This document shows positions 1-12,648 of a stretch of 64,000 nucleotides of DNA, one piece after another. The notes beneath the pieces were generated by a model, which saw nothing but the letters and a program-made list of their open reading frames with translations, had not been told where the DNA came from and did not search any database. Origin of the DNA: Chiloscyllium plagiosum (lineage: Eukaryota); contig NC_057756.1 of assembly GCF_004010195.1 (NCBI RefSeq), positions 1,094,265-1,158,264 on the forward strand. Direction: 5' to 3'. The position numbers were made by a program, and so were the translations under genes. The number at the start of each line of letters is the position of its first letter. Within the stretch, counting starts at the first letter, position 1.

Positions 1-1690
1 TACTTCTCAATAACGTTTGTTTTCACATTCAGTGGGGCCATCTGTCCATGTCCGCTAACACGGCCCAGGAACGTGACATGGGATTTGGCGAAGTCACTCT
101 TAGCCACGTTTATCACCAAGTCTGCTTCCTGAAGTCAATTGAATAATTCCGGTAAATTTTGCAAATGTTCCTTTCAGGTGGGACTAAAAATCACCAGGTA
201 GTCGATGTATACCACATAATTGGGTAATCCAGAAATGACTTTATTGGTTAGTTTTTGAAATGTGTCTGGCAACTTTTTATAATAATAAATGGCATGCCAT
301 TATTTTGATACATTCCATTCATTGTTATGCAATCTGATATTGTCTTGCATCGTTCTCTGAATAAATCCATCTTAAAAATATATGTTGCTTGATCCACCTT
401 CTCAATACAGTCTTTCAAACGTATAATCAAATATGAATCAGACATTGTAACTACATTTACTTTACAACAGTCTACACATAACCATATGTTTTGGCGTTTG
501 TACTTTGGCGTTCCAGTCACTGCAACTCATTTCAATTATTTTGTCTTTGAGCATGCTTTCAATCTCTTTTTGAACCAGTGTCAATGTTAGTGGTTTAAGT
601 CTATAACAATGTTGCTTAATGGGAACAGCATTTCCCATATCTACATCAAGTGCAATCAGATTAATACTTCCCAGCTTATTTCCACATATCTCCTCATGCC
701 ATAGCAATAACACTTTCAGGAGATTTCGATTTTCCCCGTAAGGTAACTCAATAGTTTATCCCAATTTTAACAACTTCCTCATTGTCCAATTTCGGTTGAA
801 GAATGTCCAATGAAGAATCTCTGATCCTGGTTTTTCACTCTATGTTGTAACCATTAACACATCCTCCATTTGCTTTCTTTCCCCATCAAAATACCTTTTG
901 AATATGCTCACATGACACACTTTGTGAGATCAATTTCTGTCTGGAGTGCTTATCAAATAGCTCCCCTTGATCAATTTCCTTTCAACTTGTTAAGGTCCAC
1001 CAATCCTTTTTTTTAAGTGTTCACCTATCACCAGAAGTAACACTAACACTTTATCTTCAATAGCAGAATTGCCAGTTTTTGATTTCTTCTCTCCTATTTG
1101 TTTCATCATGTACTGTGATATTTTAAAATGCTGTCTACCCAACTTCCCCACTCTATTTAAGCGCTCCCTAGAACTTGGCATGTGGTCCAAATATGCGGAC
1201 TCTGAATTCTGACTTACCTATTTCTCCTTAACTAATTTCAATGTTCCTCTCATTTCATGCCCAAAAACAATTCAAATGGTCTGAATGTGGTAGATTCATT
1301 TGGTATCTCTATTGCCAAAAAGTACATATGGAATTCCTTTATCCCAATCATCTGGGTGGTCTTGACTATGCGCACTTTTAACACCTGATGCCACTTTTCA
1401 AGTGCACCTTGAGATTCTGGATGGTAAGCCCTCAATTTTGAATTGTTTTATTCCTAAGCCGTCCATAACATCTGTGAATAATTTTGATGTGAAATTTGAC
1501 CCTTTGTATTATTGTCTCTCTGTCGGTAGTCCGTATCTAGTGAAAAGTTTCAGCAACTCTTCTGCAATCCTTTTGAGCTGTGATTCTGCGTAATGGAATG
1601 GCATCTGGAAAGCTCGTGGACACATCAATCATTGTCAACAAATACTGATTCCCATTTTTTGTTCTATGCAAGAATCCTACGCAATCAATT

Positions 1691-1916
1691 TGTTGTTGTT
1701 GGGTCGCCATAATCTTACCAGACCATAGGGGCTGCTCTCTCATTAAAGAGAAGTGACTCGTAGCAATTTAACCTGAGGGCCACAAGACCTCTGGCGAAGT
1801 TGAGAAGGAGATTCCTTCATGACAGCCTCAAACCAGTGATGGGAACTGAACCATTGCTACTGGCATCACATGGCTGTGTAAACAAACGACCCATCGAACT
1901 GAGCTAAAACGATTTG
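1691..1916 (-). mobile_element. tRNA-derived SINE inserted in the Gmr1 integrase
   Basis: Minus strand begins TTAGCTCAGTT (A-box-like) with GGTTCAGTTCC (B-box-like) and ends in a (CAA)n tail. Flanked by imperfect GCAATCAATT/GCAAACAATT. Related copies at ~6822-7028 and ~23715-24190. Confidence 0.65.
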
Positions 1917-4386
1917 TGCAAACAATTAAGGCCCTCTTAAAAGGTTCCTCAGATGCAGGAATGAGTATTAAAGTTGCTGGTTTTATTACTGCCTGTGGCT
2001 TTCCAATTACCTGACATGTATGATATCTCTTGCAAAATTCAACTATGTTCTTATGAAGTCCAGGCCAGTAAAAAAAAAGTTTTATTTTAACTTGATATTT
2101 TCTTAAACTTAAATAACCTCCTACGCGTATTTCATGTGCTAACCACAAAACCTCATTCTATATATGACCGGCAATTCAACTTGATGAACTTCTGCCGATT
2201 TCTCATCTACCTGAGTATATGCTGGTCTCCATTTCCTCACTAAGGCAACATTTTTAGTACAGTAGCTTTCAGGGATACACACAGATTCCTTTCTCGTACG
2301 CTTTTGGATACAATTACTTCAGTTTTTCATCTTTCTCTTGTAACTCAGTTAATCTCTCTGAGCTAAAATATCCACTTTGTCCGTCAGCTGTTCTGTCTTG
2401 TCTCAACCATTCGATCAAACACGGTTTCTGATAATTCTACTTCAACTTCCTTATCTGTATTCTTTGAATTCTCTTCCTGTTTCAGCTGGTGACTTTGTGA
2501 TCTTGTCACCACACAGTCAGGAAAAATACCAGGATATATTTCCTGTAGTACCTCAGTTGACTGATTTTCCACTAGATTTTAAAACGCAGTAGACAGCACG
2601 ACTACCTGTGACCCAGCTATGTTGTTACTAAGGACAAATTAAATTCCTGGAACCTGGAGTTCTTCTAGTACACCTGCCATGATTTCTCCACTCTTCACCA
2701 GAAGCTCTACTCACTTTACATAATGGAGCACTTCTCGACTCACCATGAAGTCCACATACCAGGACGTTTTCCTGTCAATAAACCTTCTGAGTTGCATATC
2801 TCCACATCTCTCAACATCATATATTAACATGGCCTGGTATATCTTAATACTGTAATGTCATTAACTCCTGCTCCTGGCCTATGCAAGTAAGCATTACCTC
2901 CTCGTCCTCCCATAGGATTCTGGTGCAACTATTTTTAGATTCCACTGAGCTTTTGTTCAACACTTCCACAAAATTCACTTTCTTATCCTGTTTTCCTACA
3001 TCCATCTTCCCAGTATTATTTTGAACGCAGCAACACTGTGACTTCGTGTGGCCCAATATGTTCCATGAAAATGTTGGAGCTTTTTCACTTCTTCTCCCTT
3101 CATGGATTTTCTTTTTACCCTGTGGTAAGCTATCTTTATGCTATTCACCATGACCTACTTGTCCTTTACCTCCTGACGATTTCTCTTTTCCCGAATTTCT
3201 ATTCCTCATGGATTCAAATTGACGTTGGAAGGCAGACTTTGATTTTTGAACCAAGTCATAATCATCAGCCATTTCAGCTGCTAATCTTGCCATTTCAATT
3301 CTGTGCTCTTCAACGTGTATTCTCACTATATCAGGAAGTGAATTTTTGAATTCCAACAAAATAATCTCTCTAAGACCGTCATATGAGACCATATGCTTGG
3401 TCTGTTTTAATGCCCCTATCCACCTATCAAAATCACTTTGTTTGATTGTTTCAAACTCAATATCTATTTGATCGGGATCCCTCCTTAAATTCCTGAAACA
3501 GTCTGTAGGTTTCTGGTACACTGTCATATGCACTTAATATGGCTTTCTTCACCTCCTCATCACCATCCCAGACACCTCCTCTGATAGTAATTCAAATATC
3601 TCATTCGCTCTACCTACCAAGTTTCTTTGGATCATCAGAACCCACATAGTCACTGGCCACTGCATTTTTTACCCACTTTCTCCAATGAGGTGGAAAAATC
3701 TTGTACATTCTTCTCATCAAATTTAGGCAATGGTTGGATATATTTAAAACAGGCATTTAGCTACAATGGGTTTGCTCATCCTCTCAATCCGCCTCACTAA
3801 CCTACCTTCTACCTTCATCCCTACCCTTTTAAGCCAACTTTCCTGTCTGAATGCCAATTTATGAAGTTCAAACTCTTTCCTCCTAATTTTTTTCATTTGA
3901 TTCTTCCAAAGGGATTATTTCCTTTTCTTTTTGTTCTTCTGGAGCATTTCGTCCTTTTTCTCTTTCTTCTGCTTTTAACCTCAACTAAAGTGCTTCATGT
4001 CGTTTTCATGTTCAAGCTGTCGCATCCACAATTGAATTCCAGCCATTTCTAAAGATTCGAATGGCATTTACAGCAATCTTAAATGCCGAACTATTGCTGT
4101 AATTACCACCCTTTTACTCACAGAAAGCAACTCCAACTCCAGCTGGTCTGTCAATTCCACCAGATTTACCTTGCTCAACTTCTGTAAAACGCCCAAAGCC
4201 ACTTCTTTCACCCCCAGAAAATCTTCAGTGATTGAAAGAGACACTGCTAGACTAAGCACTATTTGAAGCAAACGAATTCAACACACTAAACAAAAGACAC
4301 TAACATCTATCACTCACCACCTTTGAGTCCAACAATCCTGAACCCAAATTGTAATGCTCGAATCAATCCCAACATGAACCCCAATC

Positions 4387-4917
4387 TGTAATGCACTAGG
4401 CAGACTTCCTGAAAATATTTGAAACAAGCAGCCTAAGCCATAACTTTCTCTTATTTTAAAGGATGTGAAGTGCATAGTCCGGTTGTGACGCCGCTGGTCA
4501 AATCGCTCGGCTATAAGCAAAAACAGAATTTATTTAAGCACTACATGTGAAATGAGAACAAAAGAAAATGGAATTTAGAATAAACTCAACAATTGGAAAA
4601 CTTAAGCGACCTAATATGGCAACTTAACTTAGGAGGTGTTCCAATCCAGAATATTCCTGAAACACACCCCTTGGAAAAAAGGGAAATTGAAACACTGATT
4701 CTTACAGGGAGGAGGGACGAACATCAAAAGAGATTTCAAAGACAGAGTCTGTCAGGTTGCGTTTGCTGAAACTTGGAACCAACAAACCAGAAAAAAAACG
4801 TGAACTTGAACTGACCAGTCATTTTTAAACGAAGCTCTTTTTAGCAACTCTGCTTTTACAACCTCTCTTAAGAAAAAGAGGACAAAATAACCTTGCTAAA
4901 GTGACAGCATTGTTACA
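4387..4917 (-). repeat. 5' LTR of the Gmr1-like element
   Basis: TGTAA...TTACA termini. A degenerate tRNA-Pro-like PBS (TGGGGTTCATGTTGGGATT, minus strand) is adjacent on the gag side. Similar to solo LTRs at 5635, 18751, 20176, 33866 and ~45370-45781. Confidence 0.75.
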
Positions 4918-5886
4918 CAGCACATACCGATTTAATGAGGGCAATTTGACAAATAAAGTTTAACAGACGTTTAAAACTGTGACTGGATAAATGCCGCGAA
5001 TGATTTCAAGAATATTCAATTAAAAAAAACTCAATGCCAGTAATCGTAGTGCACCCTTCTTTGTCGCTGGTATGAGAACCTCCCCCAAACTTTTGCTCTT
5101 TCATTGCCAACTTCTAAAGTTCAAAACCTTTCGCTTTCTCCTTGTCTTCTGCTAGGGCCTTCCTTTCATTGTTTTTTCTTCACCGTTTGTAATCGAAATT
5201 TAAACTGTTTCATTGCCCTATCTTCTTCCCTCACCGCTGCCTCCAATTCTAGCTGCTTCATTTGCAAATGAATTTTAGCAATTTCCAGTGAATCTGAATG
5301 CATTCTTGGCAACGGGAAATGCAAAGTCATTGCCATAACTGTTGCCCCATTTCTTTGCAGAAATAGGCAACTTCAACTTCAGCTTCCTTGTCAATGCCGA
5401 AAGGTTTGCGTTGCTCACTTTCGTAAAACATCAAAAGTGACTCTATCAAAACCAGGAAAGTTTTAGAGACAGAAAGGCTCATGTTTACATAAGACATACT
5501 CTATAACCTACCAGAACGAAACACCTCCGCTCCTCCCGAAAGAAATCCAAAATATATCACTGATTGGTTTTACATCCAAAAATGCAACACCCAGGCTGGA
5601 GTTAGAAATTTTGATCCTGACAAGAGGCCGAATTTTTGATGGACCAGACTAAACTCTCTTTAAGAATATCGGTGAGACAGCCTAAATCCTAACTTGAATA
5701 TTTTTAAAAGGCAAGTTGTTAGGTGCTGTGTCCCAGGTGTAATTTGATTTGTTACACTACTTGGCTTTCAAGCAAACATACTTAATTCTTAAACTGCAGT
5801 AAAAATCCAAGCAAAAGAAAGAAGAATTAGGATAAAGCTAACTCTATTGGAAAACTTAACAGAGAAACAGATTACTTAACTATGAA

Positions 5887-6036
5887 GCTGGAAATGTGTT
5901 GCTGGAAAAGCCTGAAGAAGGGCTTATGCCCGAAACGTCGATTCTCCTGTTCCCTGGATGCTGTCTGACCTGCTGCGCTTTTCCAGCAACACATTTCCAG
6001 CTCTGATCTCCAGCATCTGCAGACCTCACTTTCTCC
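5887..6036 (+). mobile_element. 150-bp Penelope-like terminal-repeat insertion with hammerhead motif
   Basis: Exact 14-bp TSD TACTTAACTATGAA (5873-5886, 6037-6050). Perfect 24-bp internal inverted repeat (5887-5910 / 5978-6001). Confidence 0.85.
5908..5943 (+). ncRNA. Minimal type I hammerhead ribozyme motif
   Basis: CTGAAGA-A-GGGC-TTAT-GCCC-GAAACGTC: intact core, 4-bp stem II, palindromic ACGT in place of stem III, GUC cleavage triplet. Stem I is weak. Confidence 0.7.
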
Positions 6037-7255
6037 TACTTAACTATGAACCAATATAATAGCATCCGTTAGTCACAACATTGGCAAAGCCAAATTCAGT
6101 AAAACAGATTGTCTCACGTGATTCTCGGAGCGGACAGAACTCCAGTTTGTTGCTGTTGTGGAGTGAGGTGTGATAGCTTCCATCGCCACCTTCAAGCTCA
6201 ACAATTACTGAAAGCTAAACAGAAATCCTGATACTGTGGGAGTCTGTCATGCTGCTTCGAATTTTGCAACTTTTACAAGAAAAAGAAATCCCAAACTGTT
6301 TAATTTATTGGCTTGGAACAGACTTCTCTGCCGCTCTGTTTCAAACTCTGCAGGAACAGGACAAAGTACACACCGACAACATACACGCCTGCGTATAGTG
6401 AAAATAAATATACATTTCTTACACAAGTTCGCATTTTTGTTTAATAGGGCATTTGTGTCTTAGTACATCTGATTCCATAAAGTTGCGGCATGGATGCAGC
6501 AATTCCTTGTGAAGGCAGCAAAAAGCGAATGAAACATAAAAGAGGGAAAGTTTTACTTCAGATGTAATGAGCATTGAGGAGGTCACAACTGTATTAGTGC
6601 ACACAGTTACGTTTTCCTTAATTTGACATAATTATTTTATTAAGATATGTTCACTGAAGCTTTATTCGTGAAATTGATGAGTGAAATGGCTTTATCTTCT
6701 TCAGATTTTATGTGGTTTACGTATGGGGGGTGGGGGGAGGTCAGAAGAATGAGAAGTGATCGTATTGATACATGTTTTTGGGGAATATGATCGTGTATGT
6801 CAAGCAAGATAAGGCCGCCGTAGCCGCATGCGAAGCTCTGGCTGTTTTCCAAATACAGGGAGATGATTCGTTGTGGTTTAACTAAGGGGCACCACGTTAC
6901 TTGTGGGAAGAGAGATTGAGAAAATCAGCCGTTAGTGTCAGGGTGAGCTGTTTCAGCAAGTGAATGTATGCTGTTAGCATCAAGCTGTATCAAGAACCAG
7001 CCATCCAGCTAACCGAGCTAACTGACCACACTCATGTGGACAATGTGCCAATGCTTACTCTTGAATCGAAGGATAGAGATTAGATTTGTGAACTCCTTCT
7101 TTTAACGCTGTGCTTTAAAGCATTGTGAGAGTAAAATTCTCTCTCCCACAATAGAGCGATTGCTGTTGCATTGATATTATTCAAGACTCAAGATATTTTT
7201 TATTGTCATCGGAGTCAAAGAACCTGCCATACAAACAGCTGCTCGACCACAGGCA

Positions 7256-7957
7256 GGTCAAAGTTAAAAATCACAAAACATCAGTCCAGTAGGTTTATTT
7301 GGCAGCACTCGCTTTTGGAGCGCTGATCTTTCATCAGGTGGTTGTGGAGTATAAGATCGTAAGACATAGAATTTATACCAAAAGTTTAGTGTGATGTAAC
7401 TGAAATTATATATTGAAAAAGACCTGTATTGTTTGTTAATTCTCTCATCTTTTAGAATGAACATGTTGGTTTCAGTTCTTTCATATGTAAATCGCAGAAC
7501 ATTTAAAAGTTACATTCTCAAGGGAACTTTTACTATTGGTGTCATTTCGGCCCAGATAATGCATTTAACGTGTGAGCTGCCCTATGTAAGACTGTCTGTG
7601 CCACAATGGTCAGACTGATTCCAATATAAAAATGGATTTACAGAATCTTACATGGAGTCATGTAGTGTTTGAACAAAGTAAAATGTAGTTCTGCAAGTAC
7701 AAATTGACCCCACAAACTTACATGTATATGTGTGTATGTGTGCATGTGGGTGTACGTGTGTGTGTGTGGGGGGGAGGCGGGGAGCGCGGTGCAGGGCTTG
7801 TGAGTGTCTGTGAGAGAGTGTATGTGAGTGTAAATGATACAGTCTGTGAGAGGGTGCATGTGTGAGTGTGGGAGTGTGGGAGTGTATGCTCCCACACTCA
7901 CACATGCACCCTCTCACAGACTTATACCCCAGTCCAATACAGGCATCTCCAAATCAT
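7256..7957 (-). mobile_element. Penelope-like element 3' fragment with (CA)n tract, degenerate hammerhead and fold-back junction
   Basis: Minus strand CACCTGATGAAAGATCAGCGCTCCAAAAGCGAGTG (7306-7340). Similar to 61260-61865. 34-bp perfect inverted repeat at 7841-7922. Confidence 0.7.
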
Positions 7958-8442
7958 GACCGTCAGATCAACAATGGTCTAAATGAATGGTTGACGACTC
8001 TCAGTCAATCAAAATGTCTATTCCCATGTAATCATGGTCATAAGTTGTCAGGGAGCTAGTCCGCTAGCATCAGTCCACCGATAATTTCCAGATTATAATA
8101 CCAACTATGTTCTTCTGATTTGTAATGCTATCATCGAGCCGCAGCTCAAACGTTAACTGAGACACTGCAAGTTGAAAGTGAAACACTTACTTTCTGTTAT
8201 AAACATCAATCTGCATTGCAGAGAAATCAACAGAATCTACGATCAGCTCAACAGTAAATTGCCTAACTAGCGCTACTACAGAGAACTGGAATGGAACAAT
8301 TAGAGATCGCTACGAGTGTTTGGCCAATTTTCAAAATGCATGTGCTTTGAACTTTGATATGGCTGTGAATTATTTGCCACCTTTTTAGCATCGGAGCTAA
8401 GACTCGAAGCTTATTCAATTTTTCCATCTGTCTGTGATTAGC

Positions 8443-8552
8443 AGCAGCAATTAAGAGGTGAAGTCATTTCCTTGGAAACTTGTCATCTGTATAAAATAGC
8501 AGCAAATGAGAGGTGAAGTCATGACATTGGAGACTTATCATCTATAGAAAAC
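8443..8552 (+). promoter_or_regulatory. Putative GPCR proximal promoter: 2 x 55-bp tandem repeat containing TATAAAA (8490-8496)
   Basis: AGCAGCAAxTxAGAGGTGAAGTCAT...TTGGAxACTTxTCATCTxTAxAAAA occurs twice. The TATA-like box lies ~130 nt upstream of the ATG. Confidence 0.4.
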
Positions 8553-8620
8553 AAACTTAACTGGAAAGGCTTTGCTCAGCACATCTCGGAGACAAGCTCA
8601 GATAATAACACTTTTCTGCA

Positions 8621-8690
8621 ATGGGTGATCCAGTCATATTTCAAATAGAAAAAATTTTCTATCCAGTCATTGCTGGCATTGGAGTTGTTG
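8621..8690 (+). CDS. GPR139-like class A GPCR, coding exon 1
   Basis: GCAATGG start context. Encodes MGDPVIFQIEKIFYPVIAGIGVV plus one nt, then a G|GTAAGT donor. Phase 1 joins in frame to 13922. Confidence 0.88.
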
Positions 8691-9362
8691 GTAAGTCGTT
8701 ATCACAATTGTTAATAGTCTCTTTTCCTGTTAAAACTATTGTTACATGCAAGTAGTTTCTCGACGTTAAATTTCCATATTTCGTGTTTTTATTTCCTGGG
8801 ATGAACAAACAATCCTTTAAATATTTTCATGTTTTATTGTAGCTGAGCTACGATAATTTATTTTAAAATGATATCTATCCAACCATTGTTATCATGTCGT
8901 TGTCCATATCGAATGCAGAGGAAATTGCTGTTCGAGGTAAGAACTAATATCAGATCCGTCAAGTCTTCTTTCAAAACTGACCAGTCGTTGAATATTGTTT
9001 CAGAAATGTATGCTCACTTGTTGACATTGTGACAGCACACACACTAACATAGAGGATACTTATCATACTTACACCTCAAAAACAATGTTTCACTTGCACT
9101 GTATAATCAATACCTTCATTATGCATAACCCTTTTACACCTATTCCTATATCAGAGATCCGGCTCCTGCACAGACTATGCAGCCGTTTGTTCTTTCTTCC
9201 ATTCTTTTCTTAATTCACCAATAATGAAATCATTGGTGTGAAGTCTACAAATTGTAATGGTTTTTGTGTTTATTGTATTAGTTGCTCCATTTTCAACCAT
9301 GGCCTTTTTTTTTTGGTTTTGCATACATTATGGGAGAGGTAATTGAATAAGCAATGCACATT

Positions 9363-9980
9363 AGTATGTAAGTTAGCTCATTGAGCTTGAAGATTTGCTT
9401 TCAGACGTTTTCTCACAATACTGGATAACATCATCAGTGAGAGTCTCTGGTGAAGCCTGGTGGTATGTCCTGCCTCTGTATTTATAGGTCTTGGTTTCTT
9501 AAGGTGGGTAATGTCATTTCCACTTTTTTTTTTGCAAGGTAAGTTGGATAGGATCTAAATCCATGTGCTTATTGATGGAGCTCTGGTTAGAATGCCATGC
9601 TTCTAAGAATTATCTTGCATGTCTTTGTTTCACCTATGTTAGGATGTGTGTGTTGTCCCAGTCAAAGTGGTGTCCTTTCTTCTCTGTTTGTACAGAAACT
9701 CCTGATAGTGGGTCATGTCTTTTGGTGGCCAGTTGATATTCATGTATCCTGGTGGCAAGTTTCCTGCTAGTTTATCCGATGTAGTGCTTTTTACAGTTCT
9801 TGCATGGTATTTATAAATGGCGTTAGTTTTGCTGGTAGTATCTAAAGGATCCCTTAGATTCATTAGTCGCTGTTTAAGTGTGTTGGTAGGTTTGTGAGCT
9901 ATCATGATGCTAAGGGGTCTGAGTAATCTGGAAGTCATTTCTGATATGTCTTTGATATAAGGTAATGTGGCTATGGTGTA
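9363..9980 (-). mobile_element. Penelope-like element 3' fragment (GIY-YIG region plus terminal repeat)
   Basis: ORF 9639-9938 (RLLRPLSIMIAHKPTNTLKQRL...KTNAIYK) is homologous to 38696-39142. Degenerate hammerhead at 9401-9440. Confidence 0.8.
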
Positions 9981-11129
9981 TTATAGCCTACAATAATATA
10001 AAATAATATTGGATCTTCAAGGCTTCAGAAATTCTTCACTTTCTCACACACAGCTCACACCTATGCCTGACATCTTCTCTTCAAACAGGACAAAGTTACT
10101 TCTTGAAAGTCACATGATCGTCACATACGCATACATTTGTGTAAGTGTGTACATAAATATGAGAAAAATGAGGAACAGAGTCAATAGAGAGATAGTGTGC
10201 AGTAAAAAAATGGAAAACAAGAAGTGAGAGAGGATAATAACAATGCACAAAGGGGAACGGATCAGAAGACATAGCAGCAAAGAGATAATGACACCTATTT
10301 TCAAACGTAATCAATTATACAATAACACATGAAATTGCAGAGACAGAATATATGTCTTGTAGTTTGGCAAGGCAATGGTCATCTTTAAAGCATTAGTAAA
10401 ATATATACGTTCCTCGATGTATTTCCTGATATGTTCCTTAAAATCTGAACTGGAAACAATAATTTTCTAATGTCCTACAACGTATCTGTTGCTTTGCCAC
10501 CTATCTATTTGCTAATACTGTCTCGCTCTTCAGCTGGCTCTGCCAATCCATTCTGAAGTCATAAATTCACTGCACTGTCTCTATCTACCCTTCCATTCAC
10601 TTCCAACACTATTGACAACAGCAGTTCCTGAGATGCTCCAACAGGCATGATACTCAGAATGCAGTAACAATTGTTTTGCCATACTCCTTCCACCTAATCT
10701 TCCCGAGTATGGTGTCAATTTCTCCTTCCCATTCTTCAGATAAACTGTTTAAATCTCTCAACAGCTTTTTCTAGACTTTGGATACGCTTAGCCACAACTC
10801 ATTCAATACTCCGATAAGAAATGTGAAAACATCATACAGGTTCAGGTTAACATGAAAGAAAAGGTGTGAAGTGATACGTTTTGGAACACAACATGAAGAA
10901 AATTACTATGAAATAAATGGTACCATTACAAAGGCGTATATAATATTTTAACAACTGAAAAATTCGAATTGTTAAATAACAAGTTGGAAAAGTTTTCATC
11001 TCAGAGAAAACCAGAGAAATGACACCATTTAAGCAAAAGTGAGCTTAGGTGAGCTAATTGTTTATAAAACAAGAGTTATCCATAAATCAACTCTTGAATA
11101 TTCACCAGGTACGTTATCTCAATCTCTCA

Positions 11130-11350
11130 GGAAATCCGTCTTTGAAGCCAGTGTGACTTCCAAACAAACCATGTATTGTTGAAATGATTTGCAGTACTCT
11201 GCATCTCCAAGAGAAACATCAGGATCAAAATAAGCCCTCGACAAAGCCTTCATTAATCTGAGCAAGGCTTTTGTCTCAGTTAATTCCGAAGTCCTATGGA
11301 TGACTGTCAATTTACAAAGAAATTCATACACATCGTCTATCTTCTCCACA
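11130..11350 (+). mobile_element. Ancient RTE-like LINE RT remnant
   Basis: Plus strand reads ...AFINLSKAFVSVN..., resembling the non-LTR RT motif AFIDLTKAFDSV. Heavily decayed. Confidence 0.45.
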
Positions 11351-11389
11351 GTGAGGTGTCAGTAGCATTTTTCACACTTGGTAGTATGT

Positions 11390-12648
11390 CGTAGAAGACA
11401 GGAGCAGGAGTGAGCACATCCATCCATCGAGACTGCTCCCCCATTCAATATGATCATTATTTATCATCAAGTGTAATACACTAATCCTGCCCTCCCTCCG
11501 TATCCATTGAGCTGCAAGAGCTATATCTGCCTTCTTCTTGAAAACACGTAATGATTATTTTTGAATGATTTTCTGGAGTAATGAATTCCATAGGCTCATG
11601 ACTCACTTGGTGAATACATTTAGAGTCATAGAGCCATAGGGCCAAAGAATCCTACAGCACAGACACAGGCCCTGTCGACCAAAATGCCCATCAATGCTAA
11701 CTCTATTTCCTTGCACTTGGCCCATATCCTTTGAAACCTTTTCAATCCATATATTTGTCTAAATGCCTTTTCAATGTTGTTAATGGACACGCCTCAAACA
11801 CTTTCGCTGGCAGCTCATTCCATATGTGTACTACTCTCTGTGTTAAAAGTAACACTTGACACTCAGTTTAGCTTCCTGGTCACTTTGTTGCAAATATCTT
11901 CTGCACTCATTCCAGTTTAATAACATGCTACATATCACAAGGTGACCAAAACTGAAGACAATACTCGAAGTGTCGCCTCAATAACATCCTGTGCAACTGC
12001 AATATAACTTCCCAACTTTTATATTCATTGCCCTGACTGACCAAGGCCAGTGTGCTTAAAGCCTTCTTCACTACCCTATCTAGCTGTGACTCCACTTTCA
12101 GAGAACCGTGCACATGAACTCCAAGGTCCAATTGTTCCACTACACTCCTTAAGGCTCCAACATTCACCATGAAATTCTTACCTTGATTTGAGGTTCCAAA
12201 ATGCAAGACTTCAAATCAATCTATATTAAACTCCATTTGCCACTTCTCTGCCCATTTCTCCAGCTGATCAAAGTCTTGCTGTATTTTCTGATAACCTTTA
12301 TCACTTTCCACAATACCTCCTATTTTAGTGTCATCAGCAAAGCTACTAGTCATGCGTTGTGTATTCTCATCCAAATTATTGACATAGGTAAAAAACAGCA
12401 ATGGACCCTTCAGGCACTCCACGTGTCATAGGCCTCCAGTCCAACAAACATCCTTTCACTATTACCCTCTGCTTCCTTCCGTCAGGCAATTGTGTATCCA
12501 ACTTGCCAACTTCCCCTGGATTCCATGGGATCTAACCTTCCAGAGCAGTCTACCATGTGAAACCGTATCAAAGGCCTGACTGAAATCCATATAGACTACG
12601 CTTAGCACCCTGCTAGCTACAACCTTCATCACTTCATCGAAGAACTCA
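11390..12648 (-). mobile_element. CR1 LINE fragments (RT C-terminus and 3' ends)
   Basis: GPLLFFTYVNNLD...SSFADDTKIGG...KWQMEFN and HFEYCLQFWSP. Confidence 0.85.

Larger units (their letters stand above)
1..4917 (-). mobile_element. Decayed Gmr1-like (Ty3/Gypsy) LTR retrotransposon, 3' part beyond window
   Basis: Minus-strand fragments in order: gag with SCAN-like segment (FDRWIGAL...EIILLEFKNSLPDIVRIHVEE...AAEMADDY, 3141-3533); degenerate zinc knuckle (GHTKSQC, ~3040); protease-like VLRYTR (~2835); integrase (FFYWPGLHKNIVEFCKRYHTCQ, IDCVG...IDVSTSFPDAIPL, AYHPESQGALEKWH; ~2150-1250); then RT (PIKQHCYRL...LCVDCCKVN...YIDYL; ~700-180). Many stops and frameshifts. Confidence 0.88.
4918..6423 (-). 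mobile_element. Second, older Gmr1-like 5' fragment (gag start plus LTR ~5635-6423) interrupted by the first element
   Basis: Minus-strand coiled-coil gag-like remnant resembling 3850-4240. LTR begins (T)TGATGGACCAGAC and ends TTACA. Confidence 0.6.
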
